NCBI GenBank assembly: GCA_002269645.1
Contig: NIVC01000939.1
Location: forward strand, 248,001 to 312,000
Reading direction: 5' to 3'
DNA from: Macrostomum lignano
Lineage: Eukaryota
DNA: 64,000 nucleotides
Below are positions 1-11,474 of this stretch, piece by piece. How positions within the stretch are numbered: position 1 is the first letter of the stretch; each line of letters starts with the position of its first letter. The notes under the pieces were generated by a model that was not told the DNA's origin, searched no databases, and worked only from the letters and a program-made list of their open reading frames with translations. The position numbers and the translations under genes were made by a program.

Positions 1-469
1 ATCCAGTGCACATTGTTGCACCTCGTTTTTTGTAATTAAAAAATTGTTAATTTTACTCCGTCCGATGGCCCTGGATTGTCTGTCACCTGCTTGACCACCT
101 GTGACAGGGCCAGTCAGTTTTTTTCAATGTCTTTTTTTATGTATTCGAGCATTCCTTTGCGGTTCTCGAGTTTGTGACTACATAATCAATCACATGCCCT
201 GCTAGTTAAACCCTGATCCGTGCCTTTTGTTCTCTAAACAGTTTGTTAATTTTTTATTGCTCTCATTTTTCAGTTTGCAGTCGGCGTAACCCCCGTTTAG
301 CTGTGCTGCACCTCTCCTTTTTTGTACTGTCTGCAATTCAACTTGTATACACTATTATAAATGCATGACGTACTTTCCTTCACTAAATGTAGCTGTGATG
401 CCTTTCCGTAATGAAACTTAAATTAAAAATTCCACACCAGCCTTAGTGGCAGAGAGAAATCATGAACCC

Positions 470-960
470 TACCCCTATTACATACGGCCCAACAAAACCC
501 CTACACCCTAGTGTACACACGGCCCAACAAAACCCCTACACCCTAGTGTACACACGGCCCAACAAAACCCCTACCCCCTAGTGTACACACGGCCCAACAA
601 AACCCCTACCCCCCTAGTGTACACACGGCCCAACAAAACCCCTACACCCTAGTGTACACACGGCCCAACAAAACCCCTACCCCCCTAGTGTACACACGGC
701 CCAACAAAGCCCCTACCCCCTAGTGTACACACGGCCCAACAAAACCCCTACCCCCTAGTGTACACACGGCCCAACAAAACCCCTACCCCCTATTACATAC
801 GGCCCAACAAAACTCCTAAACCCCTACCCCCTAGTGTACACACGGCCCAACAAAACCCCTACCCCCTAGTGTACACACGGCCCAACAAAACCCCTACCCC
901 CTAGTGTACACACGGCCCAACAAAACCCCTACCCCCTAGTGTACACACGGCCCCACAAAA
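470..960. repeat. Minisatellite, ~35-bp unit (GTGTACACACGGCCCAACAAAACCCCTACCCCCTA), ~13 copies
   Basis: Unit recurs at 511, 546, 581 and onward; the minus strand is G-rich. Confidence 0.95.
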
Positions 961-1364
961 ACCTCATTGCAATGTACATGTAAAAAAGTTTCTAAGCGCA
1001 GTCACATCAAATGAGTTTCTTCGAAAGCAGCGTGCTTATATCTGAAAGATTATTCAATGCTGAAATGCTAACTGGTCCTTCTGCTTCACTATACTCACCC
1101 TTATTCAATAGCACTGTCCGCCACTCTGCCCTACAATTAAAATTCCAAGTGCACTTGCACTGCTGAACCGCTGACATTTCTGTAAGTTTTTAATTAGCTT
1201 AGCATTCTGTTAAATGCACCGTCTTAATTGTCTCCCCTCAATGCGTCAAGCTGGCTAAAACAAAAATAAATACGCTTTTCTCGTGTTTGATTTTATCCGA
1301 CTCTGACTTTCTGATTTCTGAACCATTTTGGGGTCCATTTTCTGCTAAGGCCTGTAGATCCTTA

Positions 1365-2065
1365 GGCTGGGCCACTACTCTCCCTGATCCTCAGTTTCTG
1401 GGCCAGCCTTCCAAATCCTCAGTTGCTGGGCCACCCTTCCAAATCCTCAGTTGCTGGGCCACCCTTCCAAATCCTCAGTTGCTGGGCCACCCTTCCAAAT
1501 CCTCAGTTGCTGGGCCACCCTTCCAAATCCTCAGTTGCTGGGCCACCCTTCCAAATCCTCAGTTGCTGGGCCAGCCTTCCAAATCCTCAGTTGCTGGGCC
1601 ACCCTTCCAAATCCTCAGTTGCTGGGCCACCCTTCCAAATCCTCAGTTGCTATGCCACTACTCTCCCTGATCCTCAGTTGCTGGGCCAGCCTTCCAAATC
1701 CTCAGTTGCTGGGCCACTACTCTCCCAGATCCTCAGCTGCTGGGCCACTACTCTCCCAGATCCTCAGTTGCTGGGCCACTACTCTCCCAGATCCTCAGTT
1801 GCTGGGCCACTACTCTCCCTGATCCTCAGTTGCTGGGCCAGCCTTCCAAATCCTCAGTTGCTGGGCCACTGCCTTCCCAGCTCCTCAGTTGCTGGGCCAC
1901 TACTCTCCCTGATCCTCAGTTGCTGGGCCACTGCTCTCCCAGATCCTCAGTTGCTGGGCCACTGCTCTCCCAGATCCTCAGTTGCTGGGCCACTGCTCTC
2001 CCAGATCCTCAGTTGCTGGGCCACTGCTCTCCCAGACCCTCAGTTGCTGGGTCACTGCCTTCCCA
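1365..2065. repeat. Minisatellite, 28/31-bp unit (CAGTTGCTGGGCCACCCTTCCAAATCCT and variants)
   Basis: Direct tandem units, with the variant type changing along the array. It is the source of ORFs 1287-2123. Confidence 0.95.
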
Positions 2066-2159
2066 GCTCCTCGGCTCTGTAAGCTCATACAAATGGTTCG
2101 AAAGACATCCTTCAGACCTCTGAAGGCAGCCGAAATGCCCGCCTTCCCCTCAACTGCAG

Positions 2160-2483
2160 ATTCCCAGTCAGCAGCAGCAGCAGCAGCCACTGCTGTCCCT
2201 GGCCCCGGCTGCCAGCGCCGCGACCTCTCCAGTCTCCGCCGTTGGCGTCGCGTCGCCGGTGACGTCATCGGATGCCTGCCTGTCCATCGTGCACTCGCTG
2301 ATGTGCCACCGGCAGGGCGGCCCGGATTCCGAGAGCTTCAGTCGGAAGGCGGTCGAGTCGCTGGTGAAGAAGCTCAAGGACAAGCGCGACGAGCTGGACG
2401 CGCTGATCCTGGCGGTGACCAGCAACGGCGCCCAGCCCGGCATCTGCGTCACCATCCCCAGGACTCTAGACGGCCGGCTGCAG

Positions 2484-2563
<80 letters not shown>

Positions 2564-2588
2564 GCCTGCCTGCCTGTCTGTCTGTCTG

Positions 2589-2622
<34 letters not shown>

Positions 2623-2633
2623 GCCTGCCTGCC

Positions 2634-2709
<76 letters not shown>

Positions 2710-2795
2710 GCCTGTCTGTCTGTCTGTCTGTCTGTCTGTCTGCCTGCCTGTCTGTCTGTCTGTCTGTCTGTCTGTTGTCTGTCTGTCTGTCTGCC

Positions 2796-2857
<62 letters not shown>

Positions 2858-5025
2858 TGTCTGTCTGTTGTCTGTCTGTCTGTCTGTCTGTCTGCCTACC
2901 TATCTGTCTGTCTGTCTGCCTGTCTGTCCGACTGTCTGTCCATCCCTCAATCGCCACCCCTCTCCCCCCAGGTGGCTGGCCGCAAAGGCTTTCCCCACGT
3001 GGTGTACGCGCGCATCTGGCGCTGGCCGGACCTGCACAAGAACGAGCTGCGGCACACCCGCCAGTGCCAGTTCGCCTTTGACCTGAAGCAGGACGCGGTC
3101 TGCGTGAACCCGCACCACTACGAGCGCATCGCCTGCACCGGCCTGGAGCTGTCGTCGCTCAGCCTGGACGAGGACTCCGGGCCCACGGACGATCACGGCG
3201 GCATCGAGGGAATTTCGCCGCCGCTGCCGCCGCTGTTGATGCCGCAGCAACAGTCGGCCGGGGCAGCCGCGGTGGCGAAGCAGACGGCGCTGCCGCCGAT
3301 ACCGCAGCAGCAGCTGTTGTTCTGGTGCAGCATCTCCTACTATGAGCAGACGGAGCGGGTATGACCATTGTTTACTTTAAATTGGGAATAGATCTGAAAG
3401 TAGAAAGCCCTCAACATTTCGGAACTACCCTCCCTCTTGTGTACACACCCCATGGGAAATCCCCTCCCCTTGTGTACACACACCCCATGGGAAATCCCCT
3501 CCCCTGTGTACACACACCCTATGGTAAATCCCTCCCTCTTGTGTACACACCCCATGGGAAATCCCTTCCCCCTTGTGTACACACACCCCATGGGAAATCC
3601 CTTCCCCCTTGTGTACACACACCCCATGGGAAATCCCCTCCCCCTTGCGTTCACACACCCCATGGGAAATCCCTCCCCCTTGTGTACACACACCCCATGG
3701 GGAATCCCTCCCCCTTGTGTACACACACCCCATGGGAAATCCCCACCCCCCTGTGTACACACACCCCATGGGAAATCCCCATCTTTACATAGCACGGAGA
3801 TTTCATCGAACGTTCTCAAATTGTCGGCGAATCACGCCCTTCAGATCGGCGACACATTCAAGGCGCCCTACCAGCAGGCCACGGTCACCATTGACGGCTA
3901 CACGGACCCGTCCTCCAGCCACCGGTTCTGCCTCGGCCAGCTCAGCAACGTGCACCGCAGCGACGTGGCCGAGCGCGCCCGGCTGCACATCGGCAAAGGC
4001 GTCCAACTGAGCCTGGTTGGCGACGGAGACGTCTGGCTGCGGGTCCTCTCCGACCACGCCGTGTTTGTCAGCACCGCCTTCCTGGACCGGGAGGCCGGGC
4101 GGGCGTCTGGCGATCTGGTGCACAAGATTTATCCTGGGACTTACATCAAGGTTGGCGCTGGTTGACCAATAAGAGTTGCGAACTAAATAAGTACATTTAC
4201 TCGTATTAAATTATTTAGTGCATTGGACTATGTGGTTTTTGTGCATGTGTACTGTATTGTATTAGTGCATGTGCACTGTATGGTATTGGTGCATGTGTAC
4301 TGTGTGGTATTGGTGCATCTGTACTGTGTGATATTAGTGCATGTGTACTGTGTGGTTTTGGTGCATGTGTACTATGTGATTTTGGTGCATGTGTACTGTG
4401 TGATATTAGTGCATGTCTACTGTGTGGTTTTGGTGCATGTGTACTGTGTGGTATTGGTGCATCTGTACTGTGTGATATTAGTGCATGTGTACTGTGTGGT
4501 TTTGGTGCATGTGTACTGTGATATTAGTGCATGTGTACTGTGTTGTTTTGGTGCATGTGTACTGTGATATTAGTGCATGTGTACTGTGTTGTTTTGGTGC
4601 ATGTGTACGGCTCTTCTACTATTAGTGCCAAAAAATAATTCAGCAAGTTGATGCTCGAACGCGCAGTTTACGCACGCCCACCTGTGGTCCCGACACCCCG
4701 TCAGGTTTTCGACATTCGCCAGTGCTACTCGGAGATGCGCACCCAGGCTCTCCAGGCCCACCGCGCCTCCCTGGCCACCGCCGCGGCAACCAGCACCTCT
4801 TCGTCCTTCACTTCGCTGCCGGCCGGGCCGCGTCTCCAGGGCGCCGCTGTTGACGAGCTTCGCCGGCGGCTGTGCCAGCTGCGTCTGAGCTTCGTGAAGG
4901 GCTGGGGGCCCGACTACCCGCGCAAGACTATCCGGGAGGCGCCCTGCTGGATTGAAGTGCAGCTGCACCTGCCGCTCAAGCTGCTGGATGACCTGCTGCA
5001 GAGTCTGCCCGTCAGCAACTCCTGA
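2160..5025 (+). CDS. SMAD4: Co-Smad SMAD4/Medea (MH1, short linker, MH2), ~445 aa; N-terminus/start unresolved
   Basis: Exons 2160-2483, 2972-3358, 3845-4150, 4705-5025, all GT-AG phase 0. MH1 [17 protein letters not shown]...RTLDGRLQ|[21 protein letters not shown]; NES-like GLELSSLSL; MH2 [22 protein letters not shown]...[16 protein letters not shown]; Smad4-type L3 loop GWGPDYPR. Confidence 0.96.
2484..2940. repeat. (TCTG)n microsatellite filling SMAD4 intron 1, starting at the GT donor
   Basis: CAG|GTCTGTCTGTCTG... runs to about 30 nt before the acceptor at 2971. Confidence 0.97.
3425..3780. repeat. ~36-bp minisatellite in SMAD4 intron 2
   Basis: CATGGG recurs at 3553, 3589 and 3625. Confidence 0.93.
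4225..4610. repeat. 24-bp minisatellite (GTGCATGTGTACTGTGTGGTATTG) in SMAD4 intron 3
   Basis: GTGCAT recurs at 4265, 4289 and onward. Confidence 0.93.
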
Positions 5026-5180
5026 TGGGTCAGCTGACTCTCACATTGTCAGGCTGGTGGGTCAGCTGACTCTCGCATTGTCAGGCTGGTGGGTCAGCTG
5101 ACTCTCGCATTGTCAGGCTGGTGGGTCAGCTGACTCTCACATTGTCAGGCTGGTGGGTCAGCTGACTCTCGCATTGTCAG
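5026..5180. repeat. 32-bp tandem repeat x5 starting immediately after the SMAD4 stop codon
   Basis: TGGGTCAGCTGACTCTCGCATTGTCAGGCTGG at 5026, 5058, 5090, 5122 and 5154. Confidence 0.93.
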
Positions 5181-6224
5181 GGCTGAAGCTTGCATCAAGC
5201 GAGTATTACGTCTTCATTCTCTCCTTATTGTACAGCTGTTTTTGTGTATATAAACGCCAGCTGTACTACTCAGTCAGTAGTTGCTTGTCATATGTGGTAG
5301 CAATTTTTAGCAACACAACTTGTACAGCCTGTCTGCAGTCAGTCAACTGTCATCTATGCCGCTTTTATCGACAAGATTTTTTTCATTTCTTAGCCGTTCT
5401 CAGGAGATGCTCTGTGTGCAATTTTTGTCCGCCTGTTGGTGTAGTTTGCTGACTCGTATATTAGTAAATATATAATTAGTACATATGATTAATGCATAAA
5501 ATGCTATATTTAACCGTCTGTGTCCTGTTCTTACTAAAAATAAATGTAAAGACTTCACTTTAGATTGTAGAACGATATAAGCTTGATACGAGGCAAGCCA
5601 CTGCGATTTTTATTGTAAGTATTGAGCACGATACGTTTAGTGGATAAGGCTTAGGGGTGGAGAACAAAAGTAGCCAGATTGAAGAACGTACATGAGTAAG
5701 AGAGTACATCAAGATATTGTAGAAAGGCGCACAGAGCGAAACAGGTAAAAACACCACCCCCAAACACTGAATAAAGTACAAGCTAACATCACTAACAAAA
5801 ATCAACCCAGCCAAGTCACCACAATAAATATTGCTGTTGATGACTGTGCAGGAGTCCACAGAGATCGAATTTAGTCATCTCATAAGAAATTTTACGCCTT
5901 GAACACTCAGTAGATGACGAGTCATTTATCTATTAAAGTACTTAATGCAGATAATTTGACAAGGTCATGACTGTCAGGTGATCGTTTTCCAGCCATCGCA
6001 ATATCAGGGTGTGCCAGCGAACAAATGGGCGATTTTAACAGGTGCGAGATTTCAGAATAATATTTTTGTGCTACTAGTTACAGTAGTGGTACATGTAAAT
6101 CTGGAAATATCGTGTGCGAGTGTCAGGCATTGCAACTGAATAATACATTCTCTTCTGAGCATTCGGAGTTTGTAAGCGTTGTTTCTTTGAATTGTATTGT
6201 GCAGTGTGGTGGCAATCCTGTCCG

Positions 6225-6450
6225 ACTGTCAGATCCCGGAATCTGCTCCCAGACTCAGATCCCGGATGCCGCTCCCAGACTGTCAGATCCCGAATCACCC
6301 TCCACTCCCAGACTCAGATCCCGCTCCCAGACTCAGATCCTGGATCCCGCTCCCAGACTGTCAGATCCCGGATGCCATTCCCAGACTGTCAGATCCCAAA
6401 TCGATCGCACTCCCAGACTGTCAGATCCCGAATTTCTTTCCGATCCCGGA
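6225..6450. repeat. Degenerate minisatellite (CCCAGACTGTCAGATCCCG-type) at the 3' end of the minus-strand ENaC gene
   Basis: Repeated CCCAGACT(GT)CAGATCCC units. Confidence 0.85.
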
Positions 6451-9400
6451 TCTCCCACCTACCAGGCCATTTCTGCTCTCCCCGCTGTCCCCACCCGCGG
6501 GGTGCACGCGCACCGGCTTCAGCGAGCCGGAGACACTCGGCACTTCGAGCGCCTCCTCCGCGGCTCGGTCGGGCGCCGGTGCGCCAGCCGCCCTGCCGGC
6601 GCGGCCGGCCAGCCTGTAGGAGACGAAGCGGCACATGAGGTGCAGCAGCTGCAGCAGCTCCACGAAGGTCATGGCGCTCCAGCCCAGGTACAGGCCGAGC
6701 AGGCCTCCGATCTCGCTCATGACGTTGCTCAGCGCGTACTTGTGCGTCTCGATGATTGACTGCACCGTGTTTGAGTCCGCGCGCACCTGCAGCTTCACGA
6801 AGTTCGAGGTGATGATGCTGCTGAGCTTGTTCAGCAGGCTGAGCTGCGTGGAGTTCATGTCCATCTGGACGCTGTCGAACACCGAATGGTTGAACGGCTT
6901 CATCAGCGCGGCCGCCCCGGAGGTGGTGTTGGCAGCTGGGGCCTCCTGCAGCAGCGCGTCAACCTGCTGAATGTAGCGCAAGCCGTACATCGGCCGGCCG
7001 TACTCGGCCTCCAGCTCCGCCAGCCTGGAGTTGATCATCATCTTCACCATGGACTGAATGTTGCTCTGCAGGGGCCACTTGGTCCCGGTCACCTGGATGG
7101 AGTAGGCCCGCTGCTTGCACTGGCTGCGGCAGCCGCTGGTGTCCGCCCGCTGCGCCACGAACTTCTTTAGCGCGAGGTAGCAGGCGCTGCTGGCCAGGAA
7201 GTTCGGCTGCCGCACGTCCCGGCAGTTGGGCAGGGCGGCGCGCTTGCGGTCGATCTGGGGAGTCAGGTAAGAAATTCAGCTGCCACACCCATCTCCCACA
7301 CCCATCTCCCACACCCATCTCCCACACCCATCTCCCACACCCATCTCCCCACACCCATCTCCCCACACCCATCTCCCACACCCATCTCCCACACCCATCT
7401 CCCACACCCATCTCCCACACCCATCTCCCACACCCATCTCCCCACACCCATCTCCCACACCCATCTCCCACACCCATCTCCCACACCCATCTCTACACAC
7501 CCATCTCCCACACCCATCTCCCACACCCATCTCCACACACCCATCTCCCACACCCATCTCTACACACCCATCTCCCACACCCATCTCCCACACCCATCTC
7601 CCACACCCATCTCCCACACCCATCTCCCACACCCATCTCCCACACCCAGATCCCACACCCATATCCCCAAACCCATCTCATACACCCATCTCCCACACCC
7701 ATATCCCCACACCCATCTCCCACACCCATATCCCCACACCCATCTCCCACACCCATCTCCCACACCCATCTCCCACACCCATCTCCCACACCCATATCCC
7801 ACACCCATATCCCCACACCCATCTCCACACACCTCTTATCTCCCCACACCCATCTCTACACACCCATCTCCCACACCCATCTCCCACACCCATCTCCCCA
7901 CACCCATCTCCCACACCCATCTCCCACACCCATCTCCCACACCCATCTCCCACACCCATCTCCCACACCCATCTCCCACACCTATCTCCCACACCCATCT
8001 CCACACACCTCTTATCTCCCCAAATCCATCTCCCCACACCCATCACCCCACCCATCTTCCCCACATCCATCACCCCACACTCACCGGCATGTTGGGGTCG
8101 CGGCAGCCGCACTGGGCCTGCAGGTAGTCGGCAGCCGCAGAGAGCTCGCAGTCCTGCTTGAGGCCGGTGAAGTTGTACCAGGCCAGGCTGTAGCTCTGGT
8201 TGGCGAGCTGGCGGTACATCTGGTAGCTGACGGTCTCCGTGGCCTCCAAGCAAGGATCCTCGACCTTGTTGATGGCCTTCCGGTGCTGCTCGGTGAAGCC
8301 GATCACACTGCTCTGGCCCGTGCTGGCCATGACCCGGAACACCGGGTGAGCATAGTACTCTGCGGGGCAGGGAGTATACTACTACATGTACTACTACTAC
8401 TACTACTACTCTTACTACTACTACTACTACTACACTACTACTACTACTACTACTACTACTATTGTGACATTATAACACTATCGTGAAACTATTGTGACAC
8501 TATTGTGAAACATTGTGAAATTATTGTGAAACTACTGTGAAATTATTGTGAAATTATTGTGAAACTATTGTGAAATTATTGTGAAACTATTGTGAAACAT
8601 TGTGAAATTATTGTGAAACTACTGTGAAACTATTGTGAAATTATTGTGAAACTATTGTGAAACTATTGTGAAATTATTGTGAAACTATTGTGAAATTATT
8701 GTGAAATTATTGTGAAACTAGCTCGACAAATGGCAGCAGCTCAACTTATACACCCTGGGAGTCGAGCGCCCACTGGGACAAAGGGGTACTCACCAGGAGA
8801 CAGGGGGCACCTAGAAGACAGGGGGCACCTAGGAGACAGGGGGCGCTCACCTAGGAGACAGGGGGCTCACCTAGGAGACAGGGGGCACCTAGGAGACAGG
8901 GGGCACCTAGAAGACAGGGGGCACCTAGGAGACAGGGGGCGCTCACCTAGGAGACAGGGGGCTCACCTAGGAGACAGGGGGCACCTAGGAGACAGGGGGC
9001 GCTCACCTAGGAGACAGGGAGCTCACCTAGGAGACAGGGGGCGCTCACCTAGGAGACAGGGAGCTCACCTAGGAGACAGGGGGCGCTCACCTAGGAGACA
9101 GGGCGCTCACCTAGGAGACAGGGGGCGCTCACCTAGGAGACAGGGGGCTCACCTAGGAGACAGGGCGCTCACCTAGGAGACAGGGGGCGCTCACCTAGGA
9201 GACAGGGCGCTCACCTAGGAGACAGGGGGCGCTCACCTAGGAGACAGGGGGCGCTCACCTAGGAGACAGGGGGCTCACCTAGGAGACAGGGGGCGCTCAC
9301 CTAGGAGACAGGGGGCTCACCTAGGAGACAGGGGGCGCTCACCTAGGAGACAGGGGGCGCTCACCTAGGAGACAGGGGGCTCACCTAGGAGACAGGGGGC

Positions 9401-10337
9401 GCTCACCTAGGAGACAGGGGGCTCACCTAGGAGACAGGGGCACCGAGGAGACAGTAGGGGGGCACATTCAAGTATTGGCACTCCCTGGGGTTGCGGCCCC
9501 TTCAATTGAAATTCGTTCCTACGAATTCCTACAGAGCCTCAGAGCCTCCCCTCGTTGAACGTCTGGCCTGTCACTTTCACTGGGGAGCCAACTTCATGCA
9601 GCTTCAAGAGCTGATGAAGCGCTCTAAAAGCGTCTCCCTCTCTCACCCGGGTGCTTGACGAACAGCACGGCCCCGGAGGAGCGGTCGTACTCCAGCTCGC
9701 CGTTCATGGTGATGGCGGACAGCGGGAAGGCGCCCTCGCTGGCGAAGTACTGTGACAGGTCAGTGGAGCCGATCAGACTCTCGCTGAACAGGATGAAGGT
9801 GACTTCAGTGAAGGTGCGGTTGGGCAGGAACCGGTAGCAGTTCAGGTAGTCCGGGTGATCCACCGGCTCGTAGAACTCGCGGCTGCTGCAATTTCCTCCG
9901 TCGTTGAACTGACAGCTGAACACCAGGGTCTCCGGCCAGATGCCCAGGTACTGCTTGAACTTGTCCCGGCCTACCGTGTGCACCGCGGCCTCAATGTCGA
10001 TTAAGCTGGCCGAGCCGGGCTGCACCGCGTTGTACTGCGCGATGTACTGCACCAGGTGCTGCATGAATGGAGTCATGCCCAGAGCGGCGCTGGTGAAGCT
10101 GATGGGGACATTGTTGCACAGCACCAGCTCCGGAAACGTGACGCTGTCGGAGTTCTTTATGGTTACCACAGTGGGATTGGCCAGGTATTCGTTAACACTG
10201 ATTGTCACCTGGTAGGAGGTGACGGCCAGCAGCGAGGCGCACATCAGCAGCGCCAGGCCCTGCAGGAAGCTCGGCTTGTCGGCGAAGGGCAGGGGAAACG
10301 CGGCGGGGCCAGTCGCTGACTTCTCGGTCGGTTCCAT
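6421..10337 (-). CDS. DEG/ENaC (amiloride-sensitive channel family) subunit A, ~590-630 aa
   Basis: Exons 10337-9647 (phase 1), 8359-8085 (phase 0), 7254-6463. It then either reads on to the stop at 6421 or splices to a terminal exon 6217-6074. TM1 followed by FPELVLCNN; Cys-rich thumb ([21 protein letters not shown]); TKWP; TM2 [20 protein letters not shown]. Confidence 0.9.
7280..8075. repeat. 13-14-bp minisatellite (CACACCCATCTCC) filling ENaC-A intron 2; G-rich on the coding strand
   Basis: About 55 direct units between the donor at 8084 and the acceptor at 7255. Confidence 0.95.
8375..8720. repeat. (TAC)n tract followed by a ~12-bp ATTGTGAAA(CT/TT) minisatellite in ENaC-A intron 1
   Basis: Both arrays are directly visible. 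Confidence 0.9.
8791..9450 (-). repeat. 18-22-bp minisatellite in ENaC-A intron 1; the coding-strand unit reads CCCCCTGTCTCCTAG|GTGAG
   Basis: Plus-strand unit CTCACCTAGGAGACAGGGGG(CG), about 30 copies. Confidence 0.95.
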
Positions 10338-10481
10338 TTCTGCTGACAAGATGAGGCTGAGAAGATGAGGCTTGGCTACTGCAGTGTCAGGTGCAGATGA
10401 TCTGCAAACTCGCGACACGCAGAGCTTTAATACCCCGTCTCAACCGCCGCCAAACTTTGCAATTTGCTGGTTTTTGCACCC

Positions 10482-10496
10482 GTTACCATTGGCAAC
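10482..10496. promoter_or_regulatory. RFX X-box-like motif GTTACCATTGGCAAC, 145 bp upstream of the ENaC-A ATG
   Basis: Matches the GTNRCC(N0-3)RGYAAC consensus. Confidence 0.6.
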
Positions 10497-11086
10497 GGGT
10501 GACTGATTTGCCAAAGTTTGCAGCAGTTTATTTGCCTTATTAGACTGTAGGTAGCAAAAGTTTCATGGACACAATCGGTGAAGCTGTCCGGAAAAGGCCG
10601 GAATTGCATTGTTCCCGGGGTGCATTGTCCGGCTGGTGGGAGCGCTGGCAGCACCCAGGTGCTTCAGTGTGCCCGTGTGAGCTTAATAATAATTAGCTCG
10701 CCGTACTAATTACCCTAATTAATCTGCGCCGGCTCGCGTGTTTGGCCATGCCTCAGTGACCACTTGAGCACCTGTCCTCAGACAGGCAGCTTGATTCTCC
10801 TAGCTGGCCTAGCACAACATCAGGGAGCAGGCAATGTCACCTGAACTGTTTATTCCAGTATCTGCTACAAACACATCCAGATGCTGCATATACTACTGCT
10901 GCACAAGCTTCGCTGGAACTTCATCCAGCTTGCCAATCGTGCGAAGAGATGGCAATTTAGAATGCGACCTGAAATACTTTGGGAACTTGGGAACACACGA
11001 GTGACTGCACTGAGAGCGCAGTTTTACTGCCCAACTGCCAATGCAGCTGAGTGCGTCAATTTATTAACAATTGCACTGAACTGCAC

Positions 11087-11100
11087 GTTGCCATGGAGAC
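11087..11100. promoter_or_regulatory. RFX X-box-like motif GTTGCCATGGAGAC
   Basis: 14-bp near-palindromic X-box form lying between the two ENaC genes. Confidence 0.6.
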
Positions 11101-11361
11101 GCTGCTGTCAAGCCGGAGGGCTTTGAGTTCACAATAAAGCGCTTCCAACCCCCGCAGCGGCGCACTTCCGGGGCAGTGAGGTGACGGATTGGGCCGGCGC
11201 GCGCTTAGCCTCAATTAGTGCGATAAGGGCGGCACGGATCCACCTTGGCGTCAGGCATCCGTTGCACTTTACCAATCTGGAAAGTTTTGCTAGCAGTAGG
11301 TTGAGACAAAGTATTTCTATCCTTAATTTCGCGCAACCAATCGGTTGTAGCTAATGGCGGA

Positions 11362-11375
11362 ATTACCATGGCAAC
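11362..11375. promoter_or_regulatory. RFX X-box-like motif ATTACCATGGCAAC, 100 bp upstream of the ENaC-B ATG
   Basis: One mismatch to the 14-bp X-box with a perfect GGCAAC half-site. Confidence 0.55.
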
Positions 11376-11474
11376 CGCACACTAACAATTGAGAACTCCA
11401 GTAGATTAGAGATCTCCCTAGCCGTCAGAGGTGCAGTCCGTCAGTTTGGTTATTTTCATTCACGGCTTGAAGCA

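Noticed and set aside
1287-2123. Long ORFs with LLGHPSKSSVAGPP repeats
   Set aside because: They are translations of the 28/31-bp minisatellite, open in several frames, with no domain content.
2135-2260. ATG 2135 ([11 protein letters not shown]...) as the SMAD4 start
   Set aside because: It is out of frame with MH1 and lies in the acceptor pyrimidine tract; valid only if there is an indel error.
2466-3086. VCLS / TDRQ repeat ORFs (also 46581-47248, 47532-48270, 53137-53729, 57685-58356)
   Set aside because: (TCTG)n/(GACA)n microsatellites lack stop codons in most frames; they are intronic or UTR.
6959-8253. [13 protein letters not shown] repeat ORFs
   Set aside because: They derive from the 13-14-bp intronic minisatellite.
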